From a virus (lineage: Duplodnaviria > Caudoviricetes): 64,000 bases of DNA. The stretch's first letter is position 1. Each line of letters starts with the position of its first letter. Under the pieces are notes generated by a model that saw nothing but the letters and a program-made list of their open reading frames with translations, was not told where the DNA came from and made no database searches. Shown here piece after piece: positions 35,261 through 45,332 of this stretch. Where the stretch lies: the IMG/VR virus record IMGVR_UViG_3300044611_000766, positions 314 to 64,313 of that record, one strand, 5' to 3'. The translations under genes were made by a program, and so were the position numbers.

Positions 35261-36001
35261 TTAAGTATTTGGGGTAGAAGTTTGATATAGGTCTATTATA
35301 TTTATTTCAGTGTTTTCGTAGTTTGGAGTTGCATAATCTGTTCTATGTCCCAAAATTGACTCTTCATAGGCCATATACCTTCTGACGTCAATTGCTATCT
35401 TTTCTACAACATCAACTGATGTGGCTATAAGTTTTTCCGTTGTCAACATATAGGTGACTGTTCTTTTAACTACGTCAGTATTGTCCCTATTGATGTCCGA
35501 GTCAGAAAGTCTTCTTGAATAGACCAATTCTGCTGCCCCTAATCTTTTAAAAACAGGAGTATGTTCAAGCATAAAGTCTTCAAATATTTCTATTAAAGTA
35601 TCGGCAACTTGTGCTCCAGAATATCTTTTTTCAAGATCACTTTTTGAGGTTGCTTGATCTGCTTTTGTTATTAAACTAAAACTAACAACATTTTGAAATC
35701 TTTGTCCGAAAACCATAACATTTGGAACACTTTGCGTATTTCTAGTTCTTGGCTTTGGTTCTGCGCTGTGGGTTTTTCTAATTTCTAAACCATACACTAT
35801 AACAGGATATTCTGCGTATGCACCGCTTGCTGTTGGCTGTATTTTAATATCTGGATATGCGTTTTCCCACAAAGCTTTAACTACTGCTATAAACTCTAAA
35901 TATGATAGATTGCCAGACGCTTGAAGTGGTGCTCCAAACATTCTGTCATTATTGATTTCATTTACGCTTGGTACCGGAAATCTAAAAGCGTTCTGTGGCA
36001 T
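35261..36001 (-). CDS. Putative tail terminator/completion protein
   Basis: Lies between neck and sheath genes; YPVIVY...FQNVVSFSL...FEDFM pattern. Confidence 0.5.
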   Translation of the reverse strand: MPQNAFRFPVPSVNEINNDRMFGAPLQASGNLSYLEFIAVVKALWENAYPDIKIQPTASGAYAEYPVIVYGLEIRKTHSAEPKPRTRNTQSVPNVMVFGQRFQNVVSFSLITKADQATSKSDLEKRYSGAQVADTLIEIFEDFMLEHTPVFKRLGAAELVYSRRLSDSDINRDNTDVVKRTVTYMLTTEKLIATSVDVVEKIAIDVRRYMAYEESILGHRTDYATPNYENTEINIIDLYQTSTPNT

Positions 36002-36002
36002 T

Positions 36003-37592
36003 TTAAGCTCCTCTGCCTGTTGCTACATTAAAAGATATTGACCTTAATGTTCTAACGGATGTAATAGAAATAGTAAAATACAATTTTCCTTTTTCTAATC
36101 TGTCTGCATAGGCATCGAAGTTATAATCTCTAATAATATCATTAATTTTTAATTCTTGCAGGAAACCATCTACTGACCTTATCAAATGATCGTTAGCAAA
36201 CTTTCCTATAGCGTTTTGCCCCATAGACTGGACTTCCGCTATAACCATGGCGACTAATCGAACATTAGATGAGTCTGAATAGTTTTCGGATATTGATTGA
36301 GTTAAGTCTCCGCTAATTCTTACATCATAAAGAGCGCCTCTTCTTGCCCTATTTCCAGAAAAGATTGTATTTACTTTTTTATTTTCTAATATAGCCATTT
36401 GATTTGAACTTAATTCATTTCCAAATATTGATAAACATGGTTCAATTCTTTTTTTTGCCATTCCATAATCAACCCTATTGGAAGAAAGAGATCCTGCGTA
36501 GGCTGCAGCCATAGAGCTAGTGTATGATCTTCGAATTTGTTTATGGTTAAATACTGCCTCTCCATATATTAATATAATATATTTACCACTGTCTTTTGTT
36601 ACTTCCCCAGAAGATGTGACCGATGAAGCTATTTCAAAATCTGCGTTATTTATATTATTGATATCAGCATCTCTTGAGCTAGAACTTCTAGATCCAATAA
36701 TTCCCATTTGCACTTCTCCAGTAGAAATCTGAACCTGATGACAATGGTCAGCTAACTGCTTTACAAAATTAACTCCATTAGTAGATATAAAAGATGTTTC
36801 TAATGGAACTATTATATCTATAAACTCATAATCAGATAATATTTCGTAACAAAGTGAAAGCTTTGCTCCATAATATTCATAAAAAGAATATGTATTTGGA
36901 GTAGCAGAATCGTCGGCAAATATTTTATCGTTTCTTTTTGAAATATCTGAGACATATTCGGACATACTTCCACATGACATAATATATATGTCTCTACCAC
37001 CTGCGGCGTAACAATCAAATACTCCTCTAGTTAAAGGAGAATCAAAGTCTGCCCTAAGAACATTGACCGCATCTTGCATTGACGCTGGCCTATATATTTC
37101 AAATTCTTGAAGAGCATCTGTATGGCCTATTAACATAATGGAGTTTGTTGCTAGATTATTTATCTCAACATATTTAGATCTACTTGATATAGATATTGAT
37201 TTATCATTATAGGAATATTCTTCGTTTAAATTATTTGGATTATTACACTGTATATAATATTCTTTAGTTGAGTTTGACAAATCTGCGACTGTAGATATTT
37301 GTATTGTATAATTACCTTTATACAAACCCTCTGGAAGCATATACCTTAGTTTGTACGACCCTTGGGAAACTCTTTCTATAGTTGCTGTAGAAGATATATT
37401 TTGAGTATATGTGGGAGTTGCTGCGCTTATATAACTTATATTATAAAGAAGTGGTCCATCTATGACTGCTCCAGGAGTTCCAACACCTCTTTTAAAATAT
37501 ACAATAATATCACCAGTTGGATCTATATATTCATATCCACTTTTATATGTGAATTGTATTTCTACATATTCTTTTGGTTTTGCAATTAACAT
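36003..37592 (-). CDS. Second sheath-like protein with N-terminal Ig-like domain (start moved to ATG 37592)
   Basis: The C-terminal ~380 aa parallel the sheath (S.LTRG.....AGG..IYI; KVNTI; SNVRLV; IGK; SVRTLRSISF). ATG 37592 sits 1 nt after the previous stop. Confidence 0.65.
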   Translation of the reverse strand: MLIAKPKEYVEIQFTYKSGYEYIDPTGDIIVYFKRGVGTPGAVIDGPLLYNISYISAATPTYTQNISSTATIERVSQGSYKLRYMLPEGLYKGNYTIQISTVADLSNSTKEYYIQCNNPNNLNEEYSYNDKSISISSRSKYVEINNLATNSIMLIGHTDALQEFEIYRPASMQDAVNVLRADFDSPLTRGVFDCYAAGGRDIYIMSCGSMSEYVSDISKRNDKIFADDSATPNTYSFYEYYGAKLSLCYEILSDYEFIDIIVPLETSFISTNGVNFVKQLADHCHQVQISTGEVQMGIIGSRSSSSRDADINNINNADFEIASSVTSSGEVTKDSGKYIILIYGEAVFNHKQIRRSYTSSMAAAYAGSLSSNRVDYGMAKKRIEPCLSIFGNELSSNQMAILENKKVNTIFSGNRARRGALYDVRISGDLTQSISENYSDSSNVRLVAMVIAEVQSMGQNAIGKFANDHLIRSVDGFLQELKINDIIRDYNFDAYADRLEKGKLYFTISITSVRTLRSISFNVATGRGA

Positions 37593-37593
37593 A

Positions 37594-37971
37594 CTAGCTC
37601 GGAACTTCTTTTGTAGCACCAACTATCCAATAGTTGATTTCCCCTCTTTTTCCCCTTACCCCATAGCTGTCATCTATAACATATATTATAGTATCGTCTA
37701 AAGAGTTATAAGATTCTTCATAAATTCTATCACCGGGTTTTGGATTTACTTCTTTTTTAAAATAATAAACTAGCTCGGAATTAGTTATCACTCCCTCTGG
37801 AACTTCATCTTTTGCATTTGACAGGGCAAAGCTTCTTGCGTAAACTGATCTAGTAGTATGCCTTTCTAGCGTATCGTTATAAACAAAGTCGTCAGAAAGT
37901 CTTCTTTGTATAAAGATATCGTGTCCCCACTGCCTTAGTATTTTTTCAAATATCTTCTTAGCATCAATCAT
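37594..37971 (-). CDS. Putative head closure/neck protein
   Basis: 125 aa, ILRQWGH...YYF....NPKPGDRIYE; neck position. Confidence 0.5.
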   Translation of the reverse strand: MIDAKKIFEKILRQWGHDIFIQRRLSDDFVYNDTLERHTTRSVYARSFALSNAKDEVPEGVITNSELVYYFKKEVNPKPGDRIYEESYNSLDDTIIYVIDDSYGVRGKRGEINYWIVGATKEVPS

Positions 37972-38866
37972 ACTGTCTTAGACCTCTGCCTGGCATAGGG
38001 TCTTCTGGATCAGTTGGAGTTCTTCTTCCTGGACCATATAGTTCTTTGTCAGACAAGTATATTAATTTGCCTGTTTGTGGATCTAATGTTTTGCCAGAAG
38101 TAAAAGTTTTTTTGTTTGGAAGATTTTTTGGCTGAACGCCTCTTATAAAAACTTTTTTCGCTAGAATCTCTCTTCTTAACGAGGCTGCTATCTGGCACCA
38201 TGTCGTTGCATTTGATCTGGTTGCTACATCTCTAGGGGCTGATCTATTGGTAATTTCTAGGTCTGCAAGCTTAAGGCTCATTTCGTCGTCTCCACCAAAT
38301 CCGTACGTTCTACTAAGCTCACAGCAAACTGATGCTTTAATGTATTCTAAAACGGTAAACGGAAGATCTGGGCTTGTATTTGAATCTTGAATAGAATATA
38401 TTTCTTTTACTTCATTTGAATAATTATAAACAAGTTCTCCTATTTCTAAAAGTCCTGCTTCTGGAAATATAGAAAGTATTTCCTCTGGGTCTAGATAAAG
38501 TGGCTCGATATCTGGAGCAAAAGATATTGTTTCATCAGACCTAAGAGTTATTGAAGGCTTGTATTCTTCTGTTGTCGAACTAACGTAGAGTTGTTGACTA
38601 ACAGTTATTGAAGTATTATTTACTAAAGTTCCAGTAAATCTAATTGTATATTCTCCTGCATTAGTGGTAGAAAAATTATAATAATACTCTGAACTTGTAA
38701 TTTGTGTTGCCGAAGCTGAAGCTATTTGAGTCCCACTAGAGTTTAAAACAACAACATTAACAGCTGTTGGGCTCACCTCTGTTTGCTCAAGCGTAACAGG
38801 ATCTGTGTCAACAAATTTTACTTTAATTCTAACAGTATCGTTAACTAAAACTCTGCTTACTGTCAT
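37964..38866 (-). CDS. Putative head-tail adaptor with N-terminal Ig-like domain
   Basis: Beta-rich N-terminus (YYYNF....AGEYTIRF), helical C-terminus; GGAG RBS. Confidence 0.5.
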   Translation of the reverse strand: MTVSRVLVNDTVRIKVKFVDTDPVTLEQTEVSPTAVNVVVLNSSGTQIASASATQITSSEYYYNFSTTNAGEYTIRFTGTLVNNTSITVSQQLYVSSTTEEYKPSITLRSDETISFAPDIEPLYLDPEEILSIFPEAGLLEIGELVYNYSNEVKEIYSIQDSNTSPDLPFTVLEYIKASVCCELSRTYGFGGDDEMSLKLADLEITNRSAPRDVATRSNATTWCQIAASLRREILAKKVFIRGVQPKNLPNKKTFTSGKTLDPQTGKLIYLSDKELYGPGRRTPTDPEDPMPGRGLRQYD

Positions 38867-38888
38867 TTTAACTCCAATTTTAATAAAA

Positions 38889-39257
38889 TTATGATATTGT
38901 TACTTCTGCAGTGCCAGAACTTAACGAAACAGTTGAGGCTACTGAGGTAGCACTTGTTTGATTTCCTATTGCCTCTAGGCTTATTGCTCCGCTAGCGCCT
39001 TCATCATAAGAAGCTAGTACTTGAATAATTGCGTTTGCTTGAGACTCTGTAGCTTGTATGGTCAAAATTCCTTCTGAATATATATCATAGGAAATGACAG
39101 CAACAGTGGTAGCGTTAGAATAATCCTGAGAAATACTAACTGCAACATTTAAATTAGAAATTATTATAGGATTAGATATTCCTAAAACATTAATTATAAC
39201 CGTACCTATGTAACTTAGGCTTGGCTGATTATAGCTAATATTCTCGTTGTATAACAT
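38889..39257 (-). CDS. Hypothetical Ser/Ile-rich virion protein
   Basis: 122-aa ORF in the structural operon. Confidence 0.55.
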   Translation of the reverse strand: MLYNENISYNQPSLSYIGTVIINVLGISNPIIISNLNVAVSISQDYSNATTVAVISYDIYSEGILTIQATESQANAIIQVLASYDEGASGAISLEAIGNQTSATSVASTVSLSSGTAEVTIS

Positions 39258-39260
39258 CTA

Positions 39261-39413
39261 TTATCCTGATATAACGTATTTTTGTAAGTCTTTAAACCAT
39301 TTTATTGAATTCTCATTAATATGGTCATTTTTCCTATAAGAGAAAAATTGCAAGTAAACATGCCTATTACCACTAGTAACCGGTTTTATCTCGTGTCTAC
39401 CTATATAAGTCAC
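39261..39413 (-). pseudogene. C-terminal remnant of a 2OG-Fe(II) oxygenase (50 codons from GTG)
   Basis: Reads VTYIGRHEIKPVTSGNRHVYLQFFSY..., the distal H-x-V/I-x-P-V-T-S-G-x-R motif. No proximal HxD motif upstream. Confidence 0.55.
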
Positions 39414-39477
39414 TGCATTTTGTTTTTTAAATATATTAATATACCACCCAAAGGCAGTTGTAGTATAAATGCTATTC

Positions 39478-40560
39478 TTATAATTGTTCTAAAAGTATAG
39501 ATTTATTTTTAAATAATCTCAACTGATTGTGTACATATGAACCAATTGTGGGATTAAAATATAGCTCACAATGTTCAATAATTCTAGCAGTATCAGAAAT
39601 ATCCCAATCTTCTGGTATTTGATAAAAATCTTTAAATCGTACTATTCCTGCATCTAGTTCTTCTTTTTCTTTGTTTAAAATTTCATTAATATCCCATAAA
39701 CCTGGATACAGTTTACACAATGAAGAAACCGAGCTGGATGCCATATTTTTTTTAACAAATGTAATTAATTCTGGCTTATTTGGTTGAACATTAGTCGGAC
39801 GAAGTCGTGCGTTCTCGCTACCAGTGAGGTAGCTAACAACCTGCATGTCTGATTGATTATCCACAAGATCGGGGGTAAACCCAAAGGCATCTAGAAATTG
39901 TGATGCCTTAATAGCAATGTCCTCAGTGCTATTAAATGGTTCTTTAGTTACTTCCGACCATTCATAAAGTAGCTTAAAAAATTCAGACAATGTAAGACCC
40001 ACGCAAGGTACTTCTGCATTATTCTTGTATTTTTCACGAATTTCAATGTCATCATGAAGGTGAAGATATATTAAATAGCCGACATTATGCAGGGACATAA
40101 TTGTTTCGTATGCTAAAATTTTATTTAGTGTTGGAACAACTCGACCATTTTCTCTCACAAAGCCAGCATGTGGGCCATACATTGTATTGTCGCAGCGCCA
40201 TTCTAATTCTGGGTCAAAAATAGCTCTGGATTCACAAAAAATAAAAAAACCTTGGTCAGTATTATCAATATCTGTATTATATACATCCATGAGTCGCTCC
40301 CAAGGCGTTAGGTTGACAACCTCTTCTATATCTTGAGATTTAGCGATTAGACATATGTTTCCTGCATACTTGAATGGATGATTTATAGCAACCAAGAGAT
40401 GTCCGTCCTGCATAGAAAAAACTTCAGCTTCTTCAAATGGGTCGTCTCCGGCAGGAGTGCGACGATACAATTCTAAAGTACTTTCTGTAATTTGGTCTAA
40501 TACATAAAATAAACGAAATGTTTTCAGTACATCAATTGTAAAAGGTTTAACTGTAATCAT
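39478..40560 (-). CDS. Hypothetical protein
   Basis: 360-aa ORF, no recognised motif. Confidence 0.7.
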   Translation of the reverse strand: MITVKPFTIDVLKTFRLFYVLDQITESTLELYRRTPAGDDPFEEAEVFSMQDGHLLVAINHPFKYAGNICLIAKSQDIEEVVNLTPWERLMDVYNTDIDNTDQGFFIFCESRAIFDPELEWRCDNTMYGPHAGFVRENGRVVPTLNKILAYETIMSLHNVGYLIYLHLHDDIEIREKYKNNAEVPCVGLTLSEFFKLLYEWSEVTKEPFNSTEDIAIKASQFLDAFGFTPDLVDNQSDMQVVSYLTGSENARLRPTNVQPNKPELITFVKKNMASSSVSSLCKLYPGLWDINEILNKEKEELDAGIVRFKDFYQIPEDWDISDTARIIEHCELYFNPTIGSYVHNQLRLFKNKSILLEQL

Positions 40561-40568
40561 ATTGTGCC

Positions 40569-41765
40569 TTAAGGTCCGTAGTATTTGAATGTAATGCCAC
40601 CAGCACTGCCTGCGCCAAACTGAGAGCCTCCACTGCCAACTATTGTACCAGAACCTACAGAGAAACCTCCAGCAGATCCGTTGCCTTGTGTTCCGTATCC
40701 ACCTCCACCGTTTCCTCCACGAAGGCCATATGCTCCACCCCCAGTACCTCCATTGCCACCAACTTGAGTTGCCGTACTATGTCCCGTGGCATTTGAACCA
40801 GCAGAATCTGTTCCGCCACCACCACCACAGGCATAATAGGAAGCATTCCATGCATAGATGGGCTGATTAGTGTCATTGCCGTAAATTGGCTGGTTGTAGT
40901 CTGGACCATAGGCCGTACAGTTTCCGTTCTTATCAAAACTTTGACACACTTGTACATAGCCAACTACGACCTGAACATAAGTGCCAGTGAAGTAGTAATA
41001 ACCATAAGCATTTGTGCCACCAAGGTTAGATGCGTTAGTGCCGCTGCCAGCAGTTCCACCCCTACCACTAGGTGCACTGTTGACACCTGGATGTTCACCA
41101 GCAGTTCCTCCTCCACCAGTCCATGTAGTCGAACCAACTGTCAAAGTTGTGCTACCACCTGTCGTTGCAGTACCAGTACCAGTACCACCGTTTCCTGCGG
41201 CACCTCCTGCTCCGACAGTTCCGCTAACTGTTTGTGTACCAGTTGCTGATGATGTGTGAGATGAGAATAGACGATAACCGCCACCGCCACCGCCACCATA
41301 GTTGGCTCCACCACCTGCTCCGTAAAGAAGCATTTCATAGATAACTGGTGCAACGGCACTTCCGCTAGTTGGTGTTACTGAAGGAATTGAAACAGAGAAG
41401 GCACCAGCAGTAGTTTGCGTAAACGTCTTTAAAGACCAGGTAGTGAATGATGTGCTTGAACTTGTAGTAGTTCCAATAGCGTTTGTTGCACGGCAGCGAA
41501 CATAGTAGAGAGTTGCAACCGCTAGACCAGTTATGTTTTGAAAAATGCTTGAAGCCTGACCGCTAACAGTAGAGCCATATGTAACTGTTGTGAATGTTGT
41601 AAAAGATGAACTAGTTGAGTAATCAAAATAAACAGTAGTTGGGTATTTATTAGCGGAAACTGTTGCGTTTAGCGTCGCAATAGATTGATTAAAATTAGTT
41701 GTAGAACCAATTGTTATGTCTGGCAGCAACTTGGGTATGCTGCTAGTCCCACGCTTGATAGGCAT
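40569..41765 (-). CDS. Glycine-rich fibre/receptor-binding-like protein with FN3-like N-terminal domain
   Basis: ITGL...TLYYVR..ATN..G FN3-like segment followed by GAGGG/GGGGG repeats. Confidence 0.7.
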   Translation of the reverse strand: MPIKRGTSSIPKLLPDITIGSTTNFNQSIATLNATVSANKYPTTVYFDYSTSSSFTTFTTVTYGSTVSGQASSIFQNITGLAVATLYYVRCRATNAIGTTTSSSTSFTTWSLKTFTQTTAGAFSVSIPSVTPTSGSAVAPVIYEMLLYGAGGGANYGGGGGGGYRLFSSHTSSATGTQTVSGTVGAGGAAGNGGTGTGTATTGGSTTLTVGSTTWTGGGGTAGEHPGVNSAPSGRGGTAGSGTNASNLGGTNAYGYYYFTGTYVQVVVGYVQVCQSFDKNGNCTAYGPDYNQPIYGNDTNQPIYAWNASYYACGGGGGTDSAGSNATGHSTATQVGGNGGTGGGAYGLRGGNGGGGYGTQGNGSAGGFSVGSGTIVGSGGSQFGAGSAGGITFKYYGP

Positions 41766-42724
41766 TACGCACTCAAGTCCCCGATAAGAACATAGCTATT
41801 GCTATCTACGCAGAATAAAGAAGCTGCAGAATATCTAGCTCTAAACTTTAATCCTGGTGTACTATTTATTGTTACTCCTGAAGCAGCGATTGTTATTTGT
41901 CCAGCTCCAAGCTGTAGTAGGTCTATTGATTGACCTGCACTTAATCCTGTTGAAGTATTAACAGTTACTGTTATCGCTGAAGCATTATCTAATGTAACCA
42001 TTTTTCCTAAGTCGCTATTGGCTAAAGTGTAACTAGTTCCTGTTTGTACATTTATTGTTTGCGTGCTAGCAAAAGATCCACTAGGGCCAGTTGGGCCAGT
42101 TGGGCCAGTTAATCCTGCTGGTCCGTTAGGACCAGTTGGTCCTGTAGGGCCAGGAACTGTTGATTCGGCTCCAGTGGGACCAGTTGGGCCTGTAGGGCCT
42201 GGTGAACCCGTAGGGCCTTCAGGTCCAGTAGGTCCAGTAGGGCCAGTAGGGCCAGGAACTGTTGATGCGGCTCCAGTGGGACCAGTTGGGCCTGTAGGGC
42301 CTGTGGGACCTGTAGGACCAGCAGGACCCACCTCAAGGCCTGCTACAGCAATATAAATAGAAACTCTAATAGAGTTAGAAGATGGTGGAGAATCAAAATA
42401 AACAGTTATAGCATTGCTGGAAGTTGCTTCCCAAGAAGTTAAAATTAAACCATATGGAGAAGCAGCCTCTCTAATTGTTACACTTACGTCCCTACTACCA
42501 AAGTTATGCGTTAAAACATATGAATTACTGGTGCCATCGCCAATTGTAGCGTTATATACAGTTCCAGCTAGATTGGCGGAACTAGTAAATTCAACAATAG
42601 CGTTGGAACTATTCTTGTAATAAAGTTTTCCATCGGCGTAGTTAATTGCTAGTTCGCCATATTCCAAAGATGTAGGCGTATTGGACGATGTGCCACTATT
42701 TTTTAATTTTATAGTATTAGCCAT
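41765..42724 (-). CDS. Collagen-like fibre protein
   Basis: (GPT)n repeats; N-terminal [18 protein letters not shown] and C-terminal YTL...D.GK...LIGDL fibre domains. Confidence 0.85.
   Translation of the reverse strand: MANTIKLKNSGTSSNTPTSLEYGELAINYADGKLYYKNSSNAIVEFTSSANLAGTVYNATIGDGTSNSYVLTHNFGSRDVSVTIREAASPYGLILTSWEATSSNAITVYFDSPPSSNSIRVSIYIAVAGLEVGPAGPTGPTGPTGPTGPTGAASTVPGPTGPTGPTGPEGPTGSPGPTGPTGPTGAESTVPGPTGPTGPNGPAGLTGPTGPTGPSGSFASTQTINVQTGTSYTLANSDLGKMVTLDNASAITVTVNTSTGLSAGQSIDLLQLGAGQITIAASGVTINSTPGLKFRARYSAASLFCVDSNSYVLIGDLSA
42083..42330 (-). repeat. Collagen Gly-Pro-Thr 9-nt coding repeats with an internal ~55-nt duplicated block
   Basis: gggccaggaactgttgatNcggctccagtgggaccagttgggcctgtagggcctg occurs near 42147 and 42249. 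Confidence 0.85.
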
Positions 42725-42747
42725 TAGTCACTCCACTTAACTAAGTT

Positions 42748-42756
42748 ATTATAACA
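42748..42756 (-). promoter_or_regulatory. Extended -10 promoter candidate (TGTTATAAT)
   Basis: In the intergenic gap upstream of the 42724 start and its GGAG RBS. Confidence 0.45.
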
Positions 42757-42764
42757 TAAGTTAA

Positions 42765-44573
42765 TTAGAACGTGCCACCATCAATTGTGTATGTATCAAC
42801 ACCAAGAGTAGTTCTAGCTGTAGCTGCGTCTGCATCATCAAGTAATCCTCTAATAAATGAACTTAATGTTGTAACTGTTGCAGTTCCTGATCCAGTAAAA
42901 TATGGAAGAGCATCTGCTGCAGAAGTTAATCCTGCTATTGCTCCAAGGTTTGCATTGTAAGCCTGTACATTAGTGCCTATTGCTAATCCAAGAGCCGTAC
43001 GAGCTGCTCCAGCGTCTGTAGAGCCCGTTCCACCGTTAGCTATGGCTATTGCGGTACCATTCCATGTACCAGTTGCAATTGTTCCAACTGAAGTAAGGCT
43101 TGATGCGGTTACCCCTGAACCAAGAGTTGAACCAGAAAGAACATCAGTTCCATTGATTTTAAAAGTTTTACCATTTACAAGATTCATGTTTTCTGATGAA
43201 GTCCATGAGTCAGTTGCGTCAATCCAGTTAAAGGTCTTGTCTGTTGCGCCCTTAAGGGTAAGACCACCACCATCAGCACCTGCGTCTGTTGGACTTGCGA
43301 CTGAACCAAGCTCGATATTCTTATCGTCAACCGTGATTGTAGTTGAGTTAATTGTAGTTGTTGTACCGTTGACTGTCAGATCACCTGAAAGGGTAAGAGA
43401 TGTACCAGTAGCAGCACCAATGTTTGGCGTTACAAGTGTTGGCGTATTAGCAAATACAAGTGCTCCAGTACCAGTTTCATCCGATATAATTCCAGCAAGT
43501 TCTGATGATGAAGTAGCTGCAAAATCCGAAAGTTTATTATTAGTAAGCGCTACAGTACCAGTTGCGTCTGGAAGACTTACGGTTCTGTCGGCTGTCGGGT
43601 CAGTAACTGCAAGGACTGTCTCAAACTCATTAGCCGTTGCGCCTTCAAATGTAATAAAATGTGCATCTGGAAGATAGATACCATGAATTCTTGGAGTCCC
43701 ACCAGTAGCCGTGATTTCTGGTCCATTGATGGTTGGCGTAGTAAGAGTCTTGTTCGTAAGCGTTTGAGTGTTTGTAGTTCCAACTACTGCACCAGTTGCA
43801 CCATGAGCTTCTGTTGCTGATGTATGAGTCGTTAGATTACCTGCAACTGTTGAAGCTGAACCATAGGCGTCGTAGGTATTCGCTGTTACTGAAATTGCAC
43901 CTGTTGAGTCTGTGTAAGTAAGGCCTGTCCCAACTGCATTTCCAACTGCATCTTGAGCAGCTTCGTTGAAGTCTGTAACTGCACTTGCTGGGATAGCGAT
44001 GTTTGCTGTGCCAGCTGCGGTCAAACGACCTTGAGCGTCAACTGTAAAGGTTGAAACTGCTGTAGCTGAACCATATGAACCAGCCGTAACAGTTGTATTA
44101 TCAAGATCTATTGTAACTTTATCAGATGCACCAGCTGTAGCAGTTAGTCCTGTTCCACCGGAAATTGTTAATGTATCACCAAGAGTAATTGTCTGACTTG
44201 TTCCACCATCTCCAGCTAAAGTAAAAGAACCTGATACTGCGCCTACTGCAGCAGCTACGAATGCTGTTGTTGCAACTTTGGTACTATTATCTCCCGATGT
44301 TTGAGTAGTAGCTGTTGCAGATCCGCCAAGTTCAACTGTTCCTGAAAATGTTTTATTACCAGTAACTGTTTGTGTACCAGAAAGGCCTACATAGGCACCC
44401 GGGCCAGCAATAGCTAAAGAAGAGGTTGCAAGTCCGCCTTCTCCACCGGTTCCTTTGCCATAATAAAGTGTATCATCAGCTTCATTAAATGCTAATTCAG
44501 CATTGGCAAGACCTGTTGGTGCTCCAACTGCTCCAGCGCTAGACCTTCTTTTGATTCTGATTGTATTTGCCAT
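42765..44573 (-). CDS. Thr/Gly/Ala-rich tail fibre protein (start moved to ATG 44573)
   Basis: MANTIRIKR...LANAELAFNE parallels the next gene. Fibre motifs QTVTGNKTF, GDLTVNGTTTTINST, GGTG..DA..ARTALGL and terminal IDGGTF. Confidence 0.8.
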   Translation of the reverse strand: MANTIRIKRRSSAGAVGAPTGLANAELAFNEADDTLYYGKGTGGEGGLATSSLAIAGPGAYVGLSGTQTVTGNKTFSGTVELGGSATATTQTSGDNSTKVATTAFVAAAVGAVSGSFTLAGDGGTSQTITLGDTLTISGGTGLTATAGASDKVTIDLDNTTVTAGSYGSATAVSTFTVDAQGRLTAAGTANIAIPASAVTDFNEAAQDAVGNAVGTGLTYTDSTGAISVTANTYDAYGSASTVAGNLTTHTSATEAHGATGAVVGTTNTQTLTNKTLTTPTINGPEITATGGTPRIHGIYLPDAHFITFEGATANEFETVLAVTDPTADRTVSLPDATGTVALTNNKLSDFAATSSSELAGIISDETGTGALVFANTPTLVTPNIGAATGTSLTLSGDLTVNGTTTTINSTTITVDDKNIELGSVASPTDAGADGGGLTLKGATDKTFNWIDATDSWTSSENMNLVNGKTFKINGTDVLSGSTLGSGVTASSLTSVGTIATGTWNGTAIAIANGGTGSTDAGAARTALGLAIGTNVQAYNANLGAIAGLTSAADALPYFTGSGTATVTTLSSFIRGLLDDADAATARTTLGVDTYTIDGGTF

Positions 44574-44574
44574 T

Positions 44575-44913
44575 TTAGAAATTTCCTCCATCGGTTAGAT
44601 TGTTTTCAGAGTAGTTGACCCACTGAGAGCCGTTGTATCGTAATATATTGCCTGTTGCAACTGAACTTATAGTAACATCAGTTAATCCATTTAAAATAGA
44701 CTGAGTTGATATACTTTGTTCTGCTGCTATAATTCTGTCTTTGACAGTTAAATAAGATCCTGCTGGACTAACACCTAAAACTGTTTGCAAAGCTTCTATG
44801 GCGTCATTTGCATTTGTGTGCTGCAAATGGTGTGGCACTGTGTTAGAGTTTAAAGTATCTGTTGCGGTAGGATTCACTAGATTGTCTAGAGAAGCTGGAT
44901 AATTTGTTGCCAT
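44575..44913 (-). CDS. Small fibre-associated virion protein
   Basis: MATNYPASLD...NDAIEALQ..LG; LTDVTI....GNILRYNGSQWVN; terminal DGGNF. Confidence 0.7.
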   Translation of the reverse strand: MATNYPASLDNLVNPTATDTLNSNTVPHHLQHTNANDAIEALQTVLGVSPAGSYLTVKDRIIAAEQSISTQSILNGLTDVTISSVATGNILRYNGSQWVNYSENNLTDGGNF

Positions 44914-44921
44914 GATATTCC

Positions 44922-45332
44922 TTATAAAGCTATGATTTTAGTGGAATCATTATTCCACACTATAGTAACAGGGGCTTGGATATTTGCGCTAGAAAAGGGT
45001 AAGCCTGTCGACGTATCTAAGTATGCTATTAGCCTAGAAGTCGCATCAGAGCCACTGTCTGAATATAATGCTACTGCATTAAAAGAATTGCCTGAATAAT
45101 TTCCGATCGTTACGTCGTCAGCGTCAAATACTCCATCTGTTACGGTTTTGTTAGATAGTCCTGAACTTCTGTCTTCAATAGAAGATGAGTTAATGTCTGA
45201 AACAAATTGATGTGTATTTACATTGGGCGTATAAGTATTGTTTAGTATTAATACTTTAATTGTGTTTGAATATAAATTAATTTCACCTTTTAAAAAAGAC
45301 TCTTTTGCTTTTTTATAAATAAAATTAGCCAT
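44922..45332 (-). CDS. Putative virion structural protein
   Basis: GVFDADDVT...LIAYLD...GLP...IVWN pattern common in phage structural modules. Confidence 0.65.
   Translation of the reverse strand: MANFIYKKAKESFLKGEINLYSNTIKVLILNNTYTPNVNTHQFVSDINSSSIEDRSSGLSNKTVTDGVFDADDVTIGNYSGNSFNAVALYSDSGSDATSRLIAYLDTSTGLPFSSANIQAPVTIVWNNDSTKIIAL

Noticed and set aside
37590-37622. Overlap of ORFs 37594..37971 and 36003..37622 as another shift site
   Set aside because: The codon is CCG, not CGG, and a normal TAG-T-ATG junction explains it. The overlaps at 44573..44591 and 52794..52899 are likewise over-extended starts.
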